Shown here piece by piece: positions 1 through 12,169 of a DNA stretch of 64,000 nucleotides (positions are counted from its first letter, which is position 1; every line of letters starts with the position of its first letter). The notes under the pieces were generated by a model. It made no database searches. It was not told where the DNA came from and worked only from the letters and a program-made list of their open reading frames with translations. The stretch comes from Phaeosaccion multiseriatum. Taxonomy: Eukaryota > Protista > Ochrophyta, other classes. The position numbers were made by a program, and so were the translations under genes. The stretch spans positions 2,728,001 to 2,792,000 of the forward strand of contig OZ218960.1 of assembly GCA_965112735.1 (NCBI GenBank), given 5' to 3'.

Positions 1-3000
1 ACAGCGTAGCATTATCGCTAGCGGCGCCATCGGAGGCAGCGGGGATGGCAGTGGAGGGCGGTGGTGGAGGAGAGGGAGGAGGAGGAGGAGGAGGAGGAGG
101 AGGAGGAGGAGGAGGAGAAGGAGGAGGAGGAGGAGGAGGAGGAGGAGGAGGGGGAGGAGCGAGCCTAGCAGGCACTGACTTGTCTCCCATACACTCCTTC
201 ACGGTCAATGCCATTGTACCCACGGGGAGAGACAGGCGCCCCACGCTGCGTTACGGGGAGGATGAGAATGCTCGTTGTGCTTGGTCCTCGCCTCTTCGAA
301 GAAGGTCCGAGGTAAGCGCTGGTCCTTCCTCGCGGCCAGTAGGTGGTAGCGAGGAGGACGAGGAGGAGGAGGAGGAGAAGGAGGAGGAGGAGGAGGAGGA
401 GGAGGAGGAGGAGGAGGAGGAAGAGGAGGACGATGACGACGACGAGGAGGATGAGGATGAGGATGAGGATGAGGATGCTGCTGCGGAGGCAGCGCTTGCG
501 TTACTGGTGCTGCAGGAGAAGGAGGAGGCGAGGATGGCAGTGGAGGGTCAGGGAGGAGGCGGGGTGGGGGTGGGGATGGCAGTGGAAGTTGCTTCGCGGG
601 CACGTCTCACGGGGCGAAGGAATACGCTCTTTAATCAGGTGCGGTTGTACGGTTGTGCGGTGGTGCGGTGGTGGTGTGGGTGGTGCTCAGTTTTAGTTTC
701 AGTTTAGTTATTGATTCGAGGATCAGTATCCGTTCTAGGTTCTTGGAGGGCCCGGGGGGGAGAAGGGCAGGAGGGGGCGATGGTGCTCCTCTTCTCTCGT
801 CGTCGTCGTCAGCTGTGCTCTCTCCTCACCGCAAGTACTTGTGTACGTCTGCTGAATGCCCCCCGCCTCGACGCTTCCTCTTGACGCACGCACACACGCA
901 CGCACACACACACGCATACACACACACACGCACACACGCATATACACGTACATACCACCGATGTTTCTATTCTACAGCTGACCGAGGAGGACGGGGGAGA
1001 CAAAGGCACGAAGGGGGGCAGGCGGCTTCGAACTGCTCCTGTTGGTGATACAAGAAGAAGGCGAGGCAGCACGGGGGGGCTTCTCGAAGCACGCGGCACA
1101 CCCCCTGCGAGTGCCGCTGAGGCAGCCGAAGGTACGATGCAGTTGGTGATACAGGTGGTGATACAGTTGTTGGTGCAGTTGTTGGTGCAGTGGGGATTCA
1201 TCGTGGTGGTGAATGAGAAGCTCCATACAACACCTGGCAAAGTGTTCCGAGGGTTGGCACGACAAGTCTGCATAGTACGTACCCCCACACCTCCCTCCCT
1301 CCCTCCCTCCCTCCCTCCCTCCCTCCCTCCCTCCCTCCCTCCCTCCCTCCCTCCCTCCCTCCCTCCCTCCCTCCCTCCCTCCCTCCCTCCCTCCCTCCCT
1401 CCCTCCCTCCCTCCCTCCCTCCCTCCCTCCCTCCCTCCCTCCCTCCCTCCCTCCCTCCCTCCCTCCCTCCCTCCCTCCCTCCCTCCCTCCCTCCCTCCCT
1501 CCCTCCCTCCCTCCCTCCCTCCCTCCCTCCCTCCCTCCCTCCCTCCCTCCCTCCCTCCCTCCCTCCCTCCCTCCCTTCATTGGCCCACCAGTTCTACAAG
1601 CCTTGGCAGCACGGCGAGGCAGCAGCAGGCCTCCCTTCGGCTCTCGGCCTCGGCCATCATCACAACCTCCCCTCGACTCAAAGTACGACCCATTCTATGT
1701 CACCGTCAAGGCGGTGAAGCAGTATATACCCAACGAAGGCCTTCCCCCTTGGAAGGTCGGAGTGCTGGACGGAGGCTGGCGACAGATCTCCAACTACCTC
1801 GAGAACAGGGTGGATTCGACTTGGAGGAGGAGGAAGAGGAAGAGGAGGAGGCGAGAGAAGAGGGAGCAGGAGTTGATGACACATCAGCAAGAGGCAGCGT
1901 CGTCAGAATCACGTGAGTGTGCGAGAGAGTGAGGGACTAGACGGCTTCTCTTAAACGTAACGTGGACATCACCCCTCCCCTCCCCTTCCCGCTGTCCTTC
2001 CCTCTCCTCCCGCCCCCGTGTAGTGCCCATCTCAAAGGTCATGCTTCCTTCCATCTCACACTCCATCCCCGTATGCCTCTAACCTGCTTCCACCCCCCTC
2101 CCCTCCTCTCCCCACCCCCAGCCCCGGGCTACATGTCTCCCACCTCTCTCTCTCGGAAACGAAGTCTGGAGGGCAGAAGGGGCAGCAGCAGCCCGGCCCC
2201 CAACCCTTCCAGTCCGCTCGACGGAGGAGGAGGTGCAGAAGGAGGAGAAGCAGGAACCACCAACGTTCATCCTCTCTCGACATTCGAGAGTGGGACTAGA
2301 GCAGCAGCAGCAGCAGCAGCAGGGGGAGGGGGAGGAGGAGGAGGAGGAGGAGGAGGAGGAGGAGGAGGAGGAGGAGGAGGAGGAGGAGGAGGAGGAGGAG
2401 GAGGAGGAGGAGGAGGAGGAGGAGGAGGAGGAGGAGGAGGAGGAGGAGGAGGAGGAGGAGGAGGAGGAGGAGGAGGAGGAGGAGGAGGAGGAGGAGGAGG
2501 AGGAGGAGGAGGAGGAGGAGGAGGAGGAGGACGAGGAGGAGGAGGGGGGGGGGGGGGAGGGGTGCTAGCGGCCTCGGCGTCAAGCCCTGCCCGCCTGGTT
2601 CCTTCTTCCAAATTCTCCCCCTCCGCCCAGGAGCGATACCTGGAGCTTCAACGAAGGAAAAGACACAGCGTACTCGTGGCGACTCAGCAACAGCGAGGTA
2701 GAGCGCCTTCTGTACTCGCCCTCCAGCTGGAGGACATGAAGGCATTAGGGGCAGCAGTTAGTGATACGCAAGAAGGTGTTGGAAAGGGGGTTGCCGCCAG
2801 TCGAGGGCGGAAACCTTCCGTGCTGATGGGGCACATGAAGACGGGCAAACGACGCAACAGCCTGACCAGTGGAAGTGGGGAGAGGGAGGGGGGAGGGGGG
2901 AGGAGGGGCACGATACAAAGAATAGCGCCGATGGTTAGTGATAGAGGAAGAGGAGGAGGAGGAGGAGGAGGAGGAGGAGGAGGAGGAGGAGGAGGAGGAG

Positions 3001-6000
3001 GAGGAGGAGGAGGAGGAGGAGGAGGAGGAGGAGGAGGAGGAGGAGGAGGAGGAGGAGGAGGAGGAGGAGGAGGAGGAGGAGGAGGAGGAGGAGGAGGAGG
3101 AGGAGGAGGAGGAGGAGGAGGTGATGAAGAGCAAGACCAAGAAGAAGCGGGACAGAGGCGAGGGGGGAAAGAAGGGCGAGAAGGAGAAGCAGCAGATCGC
3201 AATGCGTCGGTGGCAGCAGCAGCAGCAGCAGCAGGAGGAGGAGGAGGAGGAGCAGTCAGAGCAAGAGACGAAGGAGGCGGAGGAGATGCTTCAACAATTT
3301 CCGAGAGGTGCGCGGGTGGGTGGGTGCGTGCGTGCGTATGTGGGTGCGTGCGTGCGTGCGTCGCAATCGCATCTATCCGCAGAGAATTCGACTCGACTCC
3401 CTCGGGTCTCGAGCTGCGATATCGATATCGATTTCGAAGTAGTCGACTTCGTCTCGCTCTGCCTCACTCCCTCCCTTTCTCACTTCCCACCCGTCTCTCC
3501 CACCCCTCTCTCCCTTCCCTCCCCCCCTCCCTCCCTCCCCCCCTCCCTTCCTCTCTCACTCCACTTCTCTTCTCCCCTTCTTTCTTCCGTCACAGTGACT
3601 CGGCAGGGACTGAGTGTCACCGACCTCGCATCCACTCAACGGTCCTGACACCCCCCACTGACTTGTTGAGCGCACCGGTGGATGCTCTCTCTTCCTCTGT
3701 CTTGCCATTAGTGAGGGGGGGGGTCAGAGACACCGCCCTTCCCGTTATAGGTAGGGTGGGGTGGGATTCAGTCATCCATTCGGCCACACACGTACTCACG
3801 CACGTACACGCACACACACGCACACGCACACACGCACAAGTATGCCCACGCATGCACTCGCACACAGGCACACACGCGGGCATACACACACGGACACACA
3901 CACACACACAAACCTCCCTCCCTCCCTCCCTCCCTCTCCTCCCTTCCACCAGCCGGTGCGAGTACAGGCAGACGCTCCTTCGCTCAAGCTTCACAGCGCA
4001 GAGGACAGAGAAGGGCCACCAGGCTAAGCATCGCCACCGCCAATCTGCTATCCGCGGCCGGCGACGATGAAGGTGGGTTGGGTTGGGTTGGGTTGGGTTG
4101 GGTTGGGTTGGGTTGGGTTGGGTTGGGTTGGGTTGGGTTGGGTTGGGTATAATTGTGCCACGATAGGCTAGGCTGAGCTATGGATAGTTGGGTTGGGAGG
4201 CTGAGCTATGGATAGTTGGGTTGGGAGGCTGAGCTATGGATAGTTGGGTTGGGAGGCTGAGCTATGGATAGTTGGGTTGGGAGGAGACTAGGTCGGAAAC
4301 CGAACCTTTTTGTGCTCACTCCCTCACTGCCCTTGTTCTCGCCTTTGTTTGCTCTCGCCTTTGTTTGCTGTCGCTTTCCCTGAAGGCCCTCCCAAGCAAC
4401 AACAACAGCAGCAGCCGCAGCAAGGCGTAACTCAGGGGCCGCGAGTGGGCGGGGTCGACTCTCAAACAGGCCGGGCCTACATTTCCCTCAGCGGTGGAGG
4501 AAGCCTCGACGTCCTCCCCTCTGGTAAGTCGCTGCACTAATTCCTTCGTCACAACGCTTCGTCATCAGCGCACTAACTCGTTCGTACTTCGCCGTAGTAG
4601 GCTAGCTGCACGAACCCTGTCGGGGCACGGCCACATACCCTCCTCCTCCTCCTCCTCCTCCTCCTCCTCCTCCTCCTCCTCCTCCTCCTCCTCCTCCTCC
4701 TCCTCCTCCTCCTCCTCCTCCTCCTCCTCCTCCTCCTCCTCCTCCTCCTCCTCCTCCTCCTCCTCCTCCTTTGTGATGCATGAGTGCGTGCGTGCGTGCG
4801 TATAACAGCCCGTGCATTCCTCTTTGTTACTCAATCAATAGGCCCCGAGGCGGGGGGACGCAGCGGGGCAACAGTCATAGCTGCAGCAAGTGGTGATACA
4901 GGGGGGGGGGGAGGCCGGCGCGTATCCACAGCAGCTGTAGGGGGCCGTCGCCAATCCTCTGCCCCTCGAGGCAGTGTGAGTTTGAGTATGAGCAGAGGCA
5001 GTATGAGTGGTCGGAGTCCCAACACGCTCAATGGCCTCGCCCTTGACCCAAGCAATAGCAGTGACAGAGGCTCCTTGGCCCCCATCATCGGGCCGCTGGG
5101 ATCATCATCAGACATCCCCCCCACCACAACCACAGCTGCTGCTGCTGCTGCCGCTGCTGCTGGTGTGCCAATATCCGTATCACCAACTGCTGGCGTTACG
5201 GGTCCCCGAAGAGTGTCTACCGCCCTACATCAGCAGCGCCGTCGCCAGCCCTCTTTCGGTGCTGTATCACCAATTGCTACTACCCAAGACAGAAGGCCAT
5301 CCACCACAACGTCAGGCGGCTTGGCGAGGGGGCCGAGAGGCAGCCTAAGCTCAGGAAGGGAAGCGCGGCTGAGTGCCTTCGCCATCGGAAAAGACATCGC
5401 CTCCCTGGGTCTCCCCGAGGGGGCGATGCGAATGGGGGCTATTGCTGACGGCAAGGCCGGAGGCCGAGTGGGCGAGATACAGCTGCAGCACCAACAGCAG
5501 CAGTTAGTGATACAGCAGCAGCAGCAGCAGTTGGTGATACAGCAGGAAGAGGGGCAGAGGCAGGAGGAAGCCCGTCGTGTCAGCCTCCATCGCGCCCACC
5601 GGGGCTCTGTCCAGCAGCAGCAGCAGCAGCACCACCAGCAGATGGCGATACAGCAGCGCATGGGTCAAGGGCGGCATGTGAGTGAGGGAGTGAGTGAGTG
5701 AATGAGTGAGTGAGTGAGTGAGTGAGTGAGTGAGTGAGTGAGTGAGTGAGTGAGTGAGTGAGTGAGTGAGTGAGTGAGTGAGTGAATGAGTGAGTGAGTG
5801 AGTGAGTGAGTGAGTGAGTGAGTGAGTGAGTGAGTGAGTGAGTGAGTGAGTGAGTGAGTGAGTGAGTGAGTGAGTGAGTGAGTGAGTGAGTGAGTGAGTG
5901 AGTGAGTGAGTGAGTGAGTGTTTTCTCACACACCAGAACTTGACCCTGACCTTCACGCCCACCCGCCTCTCCTCCTCCCCATCCCCGCCTCCCCTCGGTG

Positions 6001-6480
6001 TGGTTGGTTGCTTGCTTGCCTGCCTTGCTTGCTGCTGGCCTTGCTCGCTACTCACTCTCAACCCACTTGTATGATGCCATCATGTCCCTTCAGGTGAGGA
6101 GCGCCTTGCCACGCTCTTCTGTGGACTCGGTAGCCCCCGCAGCAGTTGGTGGTACAGTGTCGCCAGCCCAGGCGGCCCTCACTTTGTCGCTCAACGACTA
6201 TTTGGCGCAGGAGCAGGCTCGGCCCAAGAGCGGCGCGGGCACGGGATATAGAACCGATCCCCGCCGTGTTTCCCGCACGTCAGGAGGAAGAGGAGGGGGA
6301 GGAGGAGGAGGAGGAGGAGGAGGAGGAGGAGGAGGAGGAGGAGGAGGAGGAGGAGGAGGAGGAGGAGGAGGAGGAGGGAGTCGTCCGGCCGGGGAAGTCG
6401 GCGACCCCCCTGGGGTAGTGGGGTTAGGGCCGAGCATTCTGAAGCGTGTCTCTGTGCAGGGAGGCGGCAGCAGCTCGTGA
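1..6480 (+). CDS. Uncharacterised multi-exon low-complexity protein (poly-Gly/Glu/Gln, many RRxS motifs), 5'-truncated by the window edge
   Basis: Phase-consistent GT-AG junctions join <1-638 (…TLFNQ), ~978-1131 (LTEEDGG…AAE), ~1591-1911 (VLQALAARR…) and 2122-~3307 (PGYMSPT…). Further GC-rich exons at ~4842-5677 and ~6094-6480 are likely. No recognisable domain; the 3' exons are uncertain. Confidence 0.5.
1291..1575. repeat. (CCCT)n microsatellite forming an intronic polypyrimidine tract
   Basis: About 70 perfect CCCT units immediately upstream of the AG acceptor at ~1590. Confidence 0.95.
4075..4285. repeat. (GGTTG)n followed by four copies of a 29-bp minisatellite (GGCTGAGCTATGGATAGTTGGGTTGGGAG)
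   Basis: Directly visible tandem repeats. Confidence 0.9.
5678..5920. repeat. (GAGT)n microsatellite starting at a 5' splice site
   Basis: About 60 GAGT units beginning at GTGAGT at the end of the 4842-5677 exon. Confidence 0.9.
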
Positions 6481-6768
6481 TACAGCAGTTGGTGATGCAG
6501 CAGCATGAACCAGCAGCGACCGGGGCACAAGCAGAGTAGAGTCTGCAAAATAGAGGTGTGTGGTGCGATGCTTCAGTTTCGGTTGATTGGTCTCGATCAA
6601 TACCTCAATCCGGGCCAATGAGCTCGCCATCCATCGACAGGCGCCGCGTGTGCGTGTGTGTGTGGGTGTTCTGTGGGGGTAGTGAGAGTGCCATTTGTGA
6701 ATTGTGCGTTCACTCCCCCCCCACAGCAGCCCCCCGGCGGGCATACCTCGAACACCGCTTCACCCTTC

Positions 6769-6806
<38 letters not shown>

Positions 6807-7243
6807 CACCGTTTACCCCTTCACTGGCGGACTGACTGTGACCGACGGCCTGGCGGTCACCAGAGTCAAGACAGTCAAGAACTGATGTGTGGTGCAGCAG
6901 TCAGTTGTGTGTTGTAAAGACGCGGCCATAGCAGGCGAAACAAATAAGGAGGGAGAAAGATGGATGGATGGAAGGAAGGAAGGAAGGAAGGAAGGGACAC
7001 AGTGAGGGTATACCAGAATAGTTAGCCTTAACACTCATTGACTGACCTAAAATCTACTTACAACAGGACCGAGCCGACCGACCGTACCATCAACTTAATT
7101 CTGATTACGGTGCCGAACCAAATGACGACATGTCAGCAAATGAATGAGTGGGCGCAGGCCCCTCGCAAGGCATACACTCAAGAGAGGCTCAGGCAGGCAC
7201 CTACGCCACACCCCCCCTCGCTGGCATCACCCGATGTCACCCT

Positions 7244-7452
7244 CCCCGACCTTCCTCGACCTTTCTTCGACCTTCTTCGATCTTCCACCCCTCTTTCCCC
7301 GACCTGTCCCCGACCTGTCCCCGACCTTTCCCCAACATTTCCCCCACGCTAAGGGCCTCCGCCAGGCCAGACAGGGTGGGAGGCCCGTAGAGTGGAGGAA
7401 AAGGTCGGGAAAGGTCGGGGGACAGATCTGGGAATGGTCAAGGAAAGGACCT
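7244..7452. mobile_element. Foldback/palindromic element built from ~11-bp CCCGACCT(T/G)TC subrepeats
   Basis: The left arm CTGTCCCCGACCTTTCCCCAACATTTCCCCCACGCTAAGGGCCTCCGCC matches the reverse complement of the right arm, CTGTCCCCCGACCTTTCCCGACCTTTTCCTCCACTCTACGGGCCTCCCACC, across a short loop. Intergenic. Confidence 0.6.
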
Positions 7453-7684
7453 CTCAGGGTTGGAGGCTGTGTGAAATGAATCCTGTCTCAGTCCTCCTAG
7501 GCGATCGGCGGGTGGGTGGACCCCTGTGTGGGCGCGTGTGTGGGCGCGTGTGTGGGCGCGTGTGTGGGCGCGTGTGTGGGCGCGTGCACTAGCAGCATCC
7601 CCCGCACGAGAACAGACATGACTCCTCTCCTCCGTCGCCCTGCTACTAGTGGGAAGCATGCCCCTCAAGATGCCCAACGTAATG

Positions 7685-7720
<36 letters not shown>

Positions 7721-8027
7721 ACTGCTGGTTCTGCCTTTGCTTCCTGCTGCTGGCCTTGACCCTTGCAGTGGTGCCGCCGCAGACTTCAGCGCGTTCCTTT
7801 CCTCTCTCTCCATCTCTCTCTCATCTCTTTCCCATCTCTCTCTCTTCCTCGTCTGGTACCTACCTTCGCCCACCGACTGTGCATGCGCGTGCGTGCTATT
7901 TACACCTCATCACCCCTCCTCATCCTCCTCCTGCTCTTCCCCTCCTCCTCCTCCTCCTCCTCCTCCTCCTCCTCCTCCTCATCCTCCATCGTCTCTCCTT
8001 CCTGGTGGCGGTGCAGTACACCCATCA

Positions 8028-9028
8028 TCACCCCTCCTCCACCTTCTCTCCTCTCTTGGTGGCGGCGAAATGCTTCTTGCACATCCCGGCCTGCTTCCTC
8101 TGCTTGGAACACCCCTCCACATCACATGCCTTGACTGTCGCCCCGTGCCGCACGCACCTCCCCCCCCGCTTGGCATTGCTCTCACAGCCGTCCTGTGGAC
8201 ACAGACAGAGGCATCGAGGAACAATCAAGCCGAAATAGAAGTTCGAGTAAGAGGGTTGATTGCAACGTGGATGAGAGAACTTGAAGCACAGCACAGGGCG
8301 AGGGAAGGGCACAGAAAGGGAGAAAGGGAGAGAGAGATCGGGAAAGAGAGAGAAGACAGAGACCGGAGAGAGACGTGGTCTCCAATCCCGTCACTCACCA
8401 CGATGCAGCTTTTTTTTTGTGTTCCATGCTTGCGACACTTGCCAGCGGTGTGTGCAAGGGAGCCACAAAAATCACCCGTAGGCCCCATGAAGGAGCACAG
8501 TTTGCGATTCCTCGCCTTAGCAGTGGCAGCAGCAGGAGCAGCAGGAGCAGGAGGAGCCGCAACAGCGCCAGCAGCACCAGCACCTGCAGCAGCAGCAGCA
8601 GTACCACCACCACCATCAGCACTAACACCACCGCCACGGTCACCCTCATCGCCGTCCGAAAATGCGTCGTCGTCGTACATCATCAGCAGTAAGTTTCTCT
8701 TGGCAGGAACGATTGCGCGTGTGGAGCGCCTCACGCTCTCCTCCGATGTGCTGCCCCTCGCCCCGTGGCGCTTGCAGCGACCGGCCGTGTAGCTTTTGTT
8801 TCCGCACCCTTCGTAACTACAGTCCGCCTTTACACTCTTCTTCCTCGCCCCGCACGCCCCGTGGCGCTTGCAACGTCCGGCCTTGTAGTTTCTGTTCCCG
8901 CACCCCTCAAAATTGCATTCCGCTTTTACGCTCTTCTTCTTAGGCGGCCCAGGCTCCGTGTTTTCTTTTGCTACGTACCGCAGCTCCTGCCTCTGTACCT
9001 CCTGCTGCTCTCTGTGCGTCACCATCAT
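8028..9028 (-). CDS. WRKY19-like Cys3His zinc-finger repeat protein (5 fingers), 2 exons: 9028-8399, 8192-8028
   Basis: Cx3-4GC…GxCxxHG units: CNFEGCGNRNYKAGRCKRHG, CSYEGCGNKSYTAGRCKRHG, CSFMG…CGSLAHTAGKCRKHG, CIV|DGCESNAKRGGRCVRHG (rebuilt across a GTGAGT…CAG intron) and CDVEGCSKQRKQAGMCKKH. Confidence 0.8.
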
Positions 9029-9771
9029 AGGGCAAGGCCTACAGTCTCTTTTGATCGCTTGAGCAGGCTTAGCTGTGTAACTACGTTCTGGATCCGCTCT
9101 TTTCTTCGTCCTCTCTGTGGTTTAGGCCGATCGCCGCTGTTTATGATCCACGCCTCCCACAATCTTCGTCCTCCCTCCACACCCTTTACTCCTCTCCCTT
9201 CACGGCCAAGTAGCTAAGGTAAACAAGGGCGGGTACAGAGTGGGATGAGGAAGTAGAGAGATGATTCAGTTTGAGTTTCAGCTCAGGTTCTCTTCTCTTC
9301 AACCCTTGCTTCCTATCAACACAGAGAGCACCCACAACAGATAAATATACGGCGACGACACGGCACATTTATCAATACAACACACAACTGCAACGTTTTG
9401 GAAGGGTTTTCATTCTATATTTAAGTATATGTTGCGGCCGTGGTTGTCAGCCTGCAGCCTCTATATGGTACAGGAGGGGAGACACAGACGCGTCTGCGCG
9501 CTAGCGCACGGCTCTCCCAGTCCGGGTCCGAGTCGAGTCGAAACGGCTGACGAGCGAATCCCCCCTCTTACTGCAACTGACCAGACGTGGATTGGGGGCG
9601 TGACTATGTAATCTTAAAACGGCGGCCGTCCGAGTTGGGGGTGGGGGGGGGGAGGGTGGTTATCGATGTCGATATAAACCTCTTCCGTCACCCTACTTCC
9701 GCTTACACACGCGTAGTGTGTGCGCGAGTGAGACGGATAGAATCTCGTCGAGGGAGAGAGAGAGAGAAACT

Positions 9772-11089
9772 TTAGTTGCCGAAAAGTCCCTTCTTCTTCT
9801 TGGGGGCCTCGTCGGGGAGGGCTCCAGTGGGCAGCACGGCTGTCTTGGACTCGTCAATCTTGGCGAAGGTGTGTCCAGCGCCGAGCTGTCCGGGGTACTT
9901 GGCGTCACGCTTCTTCATCCAGGTTGTGATGTCCTGATTGATTGATGGAAGTAAAGCATTATTAAAACCGGACCGGGGGGCGGGAGGGGAGGGGAGAAAA
10001 GCAAGAGCAGGGGCACCAACAACAAAAAGGGGGGAAGGTAGAGTCAGTAGTACGAAGAATACAAGAACAAAACAACTTCAGCTTTGCCGAGTATCTTGAG
10101 CTCAGAACAAGACTGACTTCGGACCCCCCGGGAAGAAGGGAGGCAGGCGCTCATAACCCCAGCACTCGGTTCCATCCTTCAAGCGAACACACCGCCCAAC
10201 AAAGACGCCCTGCCTTGCCGGACCATCCACATTTTCAGGCGATACATGGGGACTCGCTGTACACTCGCACCCCTGTCGTGGTCCTCATGCTGCTACTGCA
10301 CTGCAGCAATGTGGCTCACCTCGAAGGTCTTGCCCTTGACCTCCTTCTTTCGGGCGGCCTTCTTCGCCGCGTCATCCGCCTTCATCTTGGCGTACTGCTC
10401 CGCGGTGATTCCGTCAGGCACGTATGCGCGGCGAGCAGTGGTGGAGACCTTTGCCACCCCGCTGACCGGTGCCATGGCTGTTCAATAGCGAGTCCGGCAG
10501 AGCATGAAAAGGGAAGGGAGGCGAAGGAGGAGAGACACAATGGGCGAAGGAAGGGGAGGTTAGCCACTGGCGTGCGCAGATAAGTTTTTTCTTGTTCCTC
10601 TGCTTCGGTGCGCCCTTCTCCCCGACCCTCCGCCGCTCCCACGCTGCCTGAGTCAAAGGGAGAAGGAAGCTGCCCCTTCCCTAGCCCCGCAACCCCCCCG
10701 CCTTCCGGGTCTACTAGGGAGTTCATGAGTGCACCGGAATCGGCAAGCTGGTGCCGTAGGCCCAGCACGTTCCAAGAAAGGCAACAAGGGGGACGGCGAA
10801 TTTTCCCAGAGCCCAGAGACTGAAGGAGCAGCAACAACCCAAAGAAGCCCGCAGAACAGGGCATCACAGCTAAAAAGCAGCGCCATGACGCCCCTTCAGC
10901 GAACAGCAGCACAGTCCTACTGCTCGCGCCCCGCCCTGGCAGAAAGCAAACACCCCTTTCGCCAAAGCAAACGCATACGTCTCACACACTGATTGCTTGC
11001 CTCCATTTCAAGTCATTTCAGCCCCACTTACGTGCGACGAAGGCGGAGGCGGAGGCCACCACCAGGCAGAGGGCTGCGACACACTTCAT
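9772..11089 (-). CDS. Small plastid-targeted protein of unknown function, 3 exons: 11089-11032, 10477-10320, 9933-9772
   Basis: Spliced product MKCVAALCLVVASASAFVAPMAPVSGVAKVSTTARRAYVPDGITAEQYAKMKADDAAKKAARKKEVKGKTFEDITTWMKKRDAKYPGQLGAGHTFAKIDESKTAVLPTGALPDEAPKKKKGLFGN*. Signal peptide, ASAF motif and transit peptide; all junctions canonical and in phase; strongly C/G-ending codons. Confidence 0.85.
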
Positions 11090-11413
11090 CTTGTTGTTTG
11101 CTTGGTGTAAAGGAGGAAGGGGCTGTGTTTCGAGGGGTGAGAAGACTTGTGGAAACAGGAAGATCGAGGAACGTCAGCGGCACCCCCTTGGGTTTGGGCT
11201 AGGGAGCTGGAACTCGAATTGTAGTTTTCAGTTTCAAATTCTTCTTCCTTTCTCTCTCTGACTGCTGACTGACTCTCCCTCTTTCAACTCTTCTTTCTTC
11301 CTTCCTTCGTAACTCATTGACTCACTCATTGACTCACTGACTCACTGATTTCTTCCTTCCTTCCTTCCTTCCTTCCTTCCTTCCTTCCTTCCTGACTGAC
11401 TGACTGACTGACT

Positions 11414-11445
<32 letters not shown>

Positions 11446-11563
11446 GACTGACTGACTGACTGACTGAGCTTGACTGGGTGACCGACCGACTGCTTGACCG
11501 CTAACCTAACTGACAAACTTCCGCACTTGCCTGCATGACTCACTGAGGCAGCACAGAAATGCT

Positions 11564-11747
11564 TCGGCTCCAGGTCTCCAGGCTTCGGGCTTCTGGCCGC
11601 AGGCCAGTGGTCAGGCTTCAGGCTTCTCAGGCTGGGAGAAAAATGGGGGACTTGGCAGGCTTCTCGCTACTTTCTGCAGGCTTCTGGCCGCAGGCCGCCG
11701 CAGGCTTCTGCTTTATCGGGGGCCCGAGAAACCTCGCCTGGAGCCGA
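11564..11747. mobile_element. MITE (184 bp) with 11-bp TIRs and a 7-bp target-site duplication
   Basis: TIR TCGGCTCCAGG at 11564-11574 and CCTGGAGCCGA at 11737-11747. Flanking direct repeat AAATGCT at 11557-11563 and 11748-11754. Internal CAGGCTTC subrepeats. Confidence 0.75.
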
Positions 11748-12169
11748 AAATGCTCGTGGGGCTGTTGTCTATCGATGGATGGTGCTCCTTGGTAGGGGAG
11801 TTGGGACGGACGCACACCTTCTCATCGGGACGCGCTGGGGATGACCCGTTGGACAGTCTTGCCTGGGATAGCACAACTGCCACGATCATGACGACTTGAC
11901 TGAAACAACACCCCTCTACCTGGCCTTGACCCATGCAATGCTGTCTCCGCTGGCCCGGCTCCTCCTTGGCTCTCTGTTGCGAGTTGTAGTACAGGAAAGC
12001 GAACTGGGCAATAGAAGTGTCCAGGACACGCTGAACCTCCATCTCTGTCCCCGCCCGCTCCTCCTCTGTGAACACAGCTTTATTACCAAAATGGCGGGGA
12101 CACACCCGTCAACTAGAACTGAAACTGGTTTCCTCCCCACCGAGCATCTCCTGCTCAGCGTGAGTGAGG

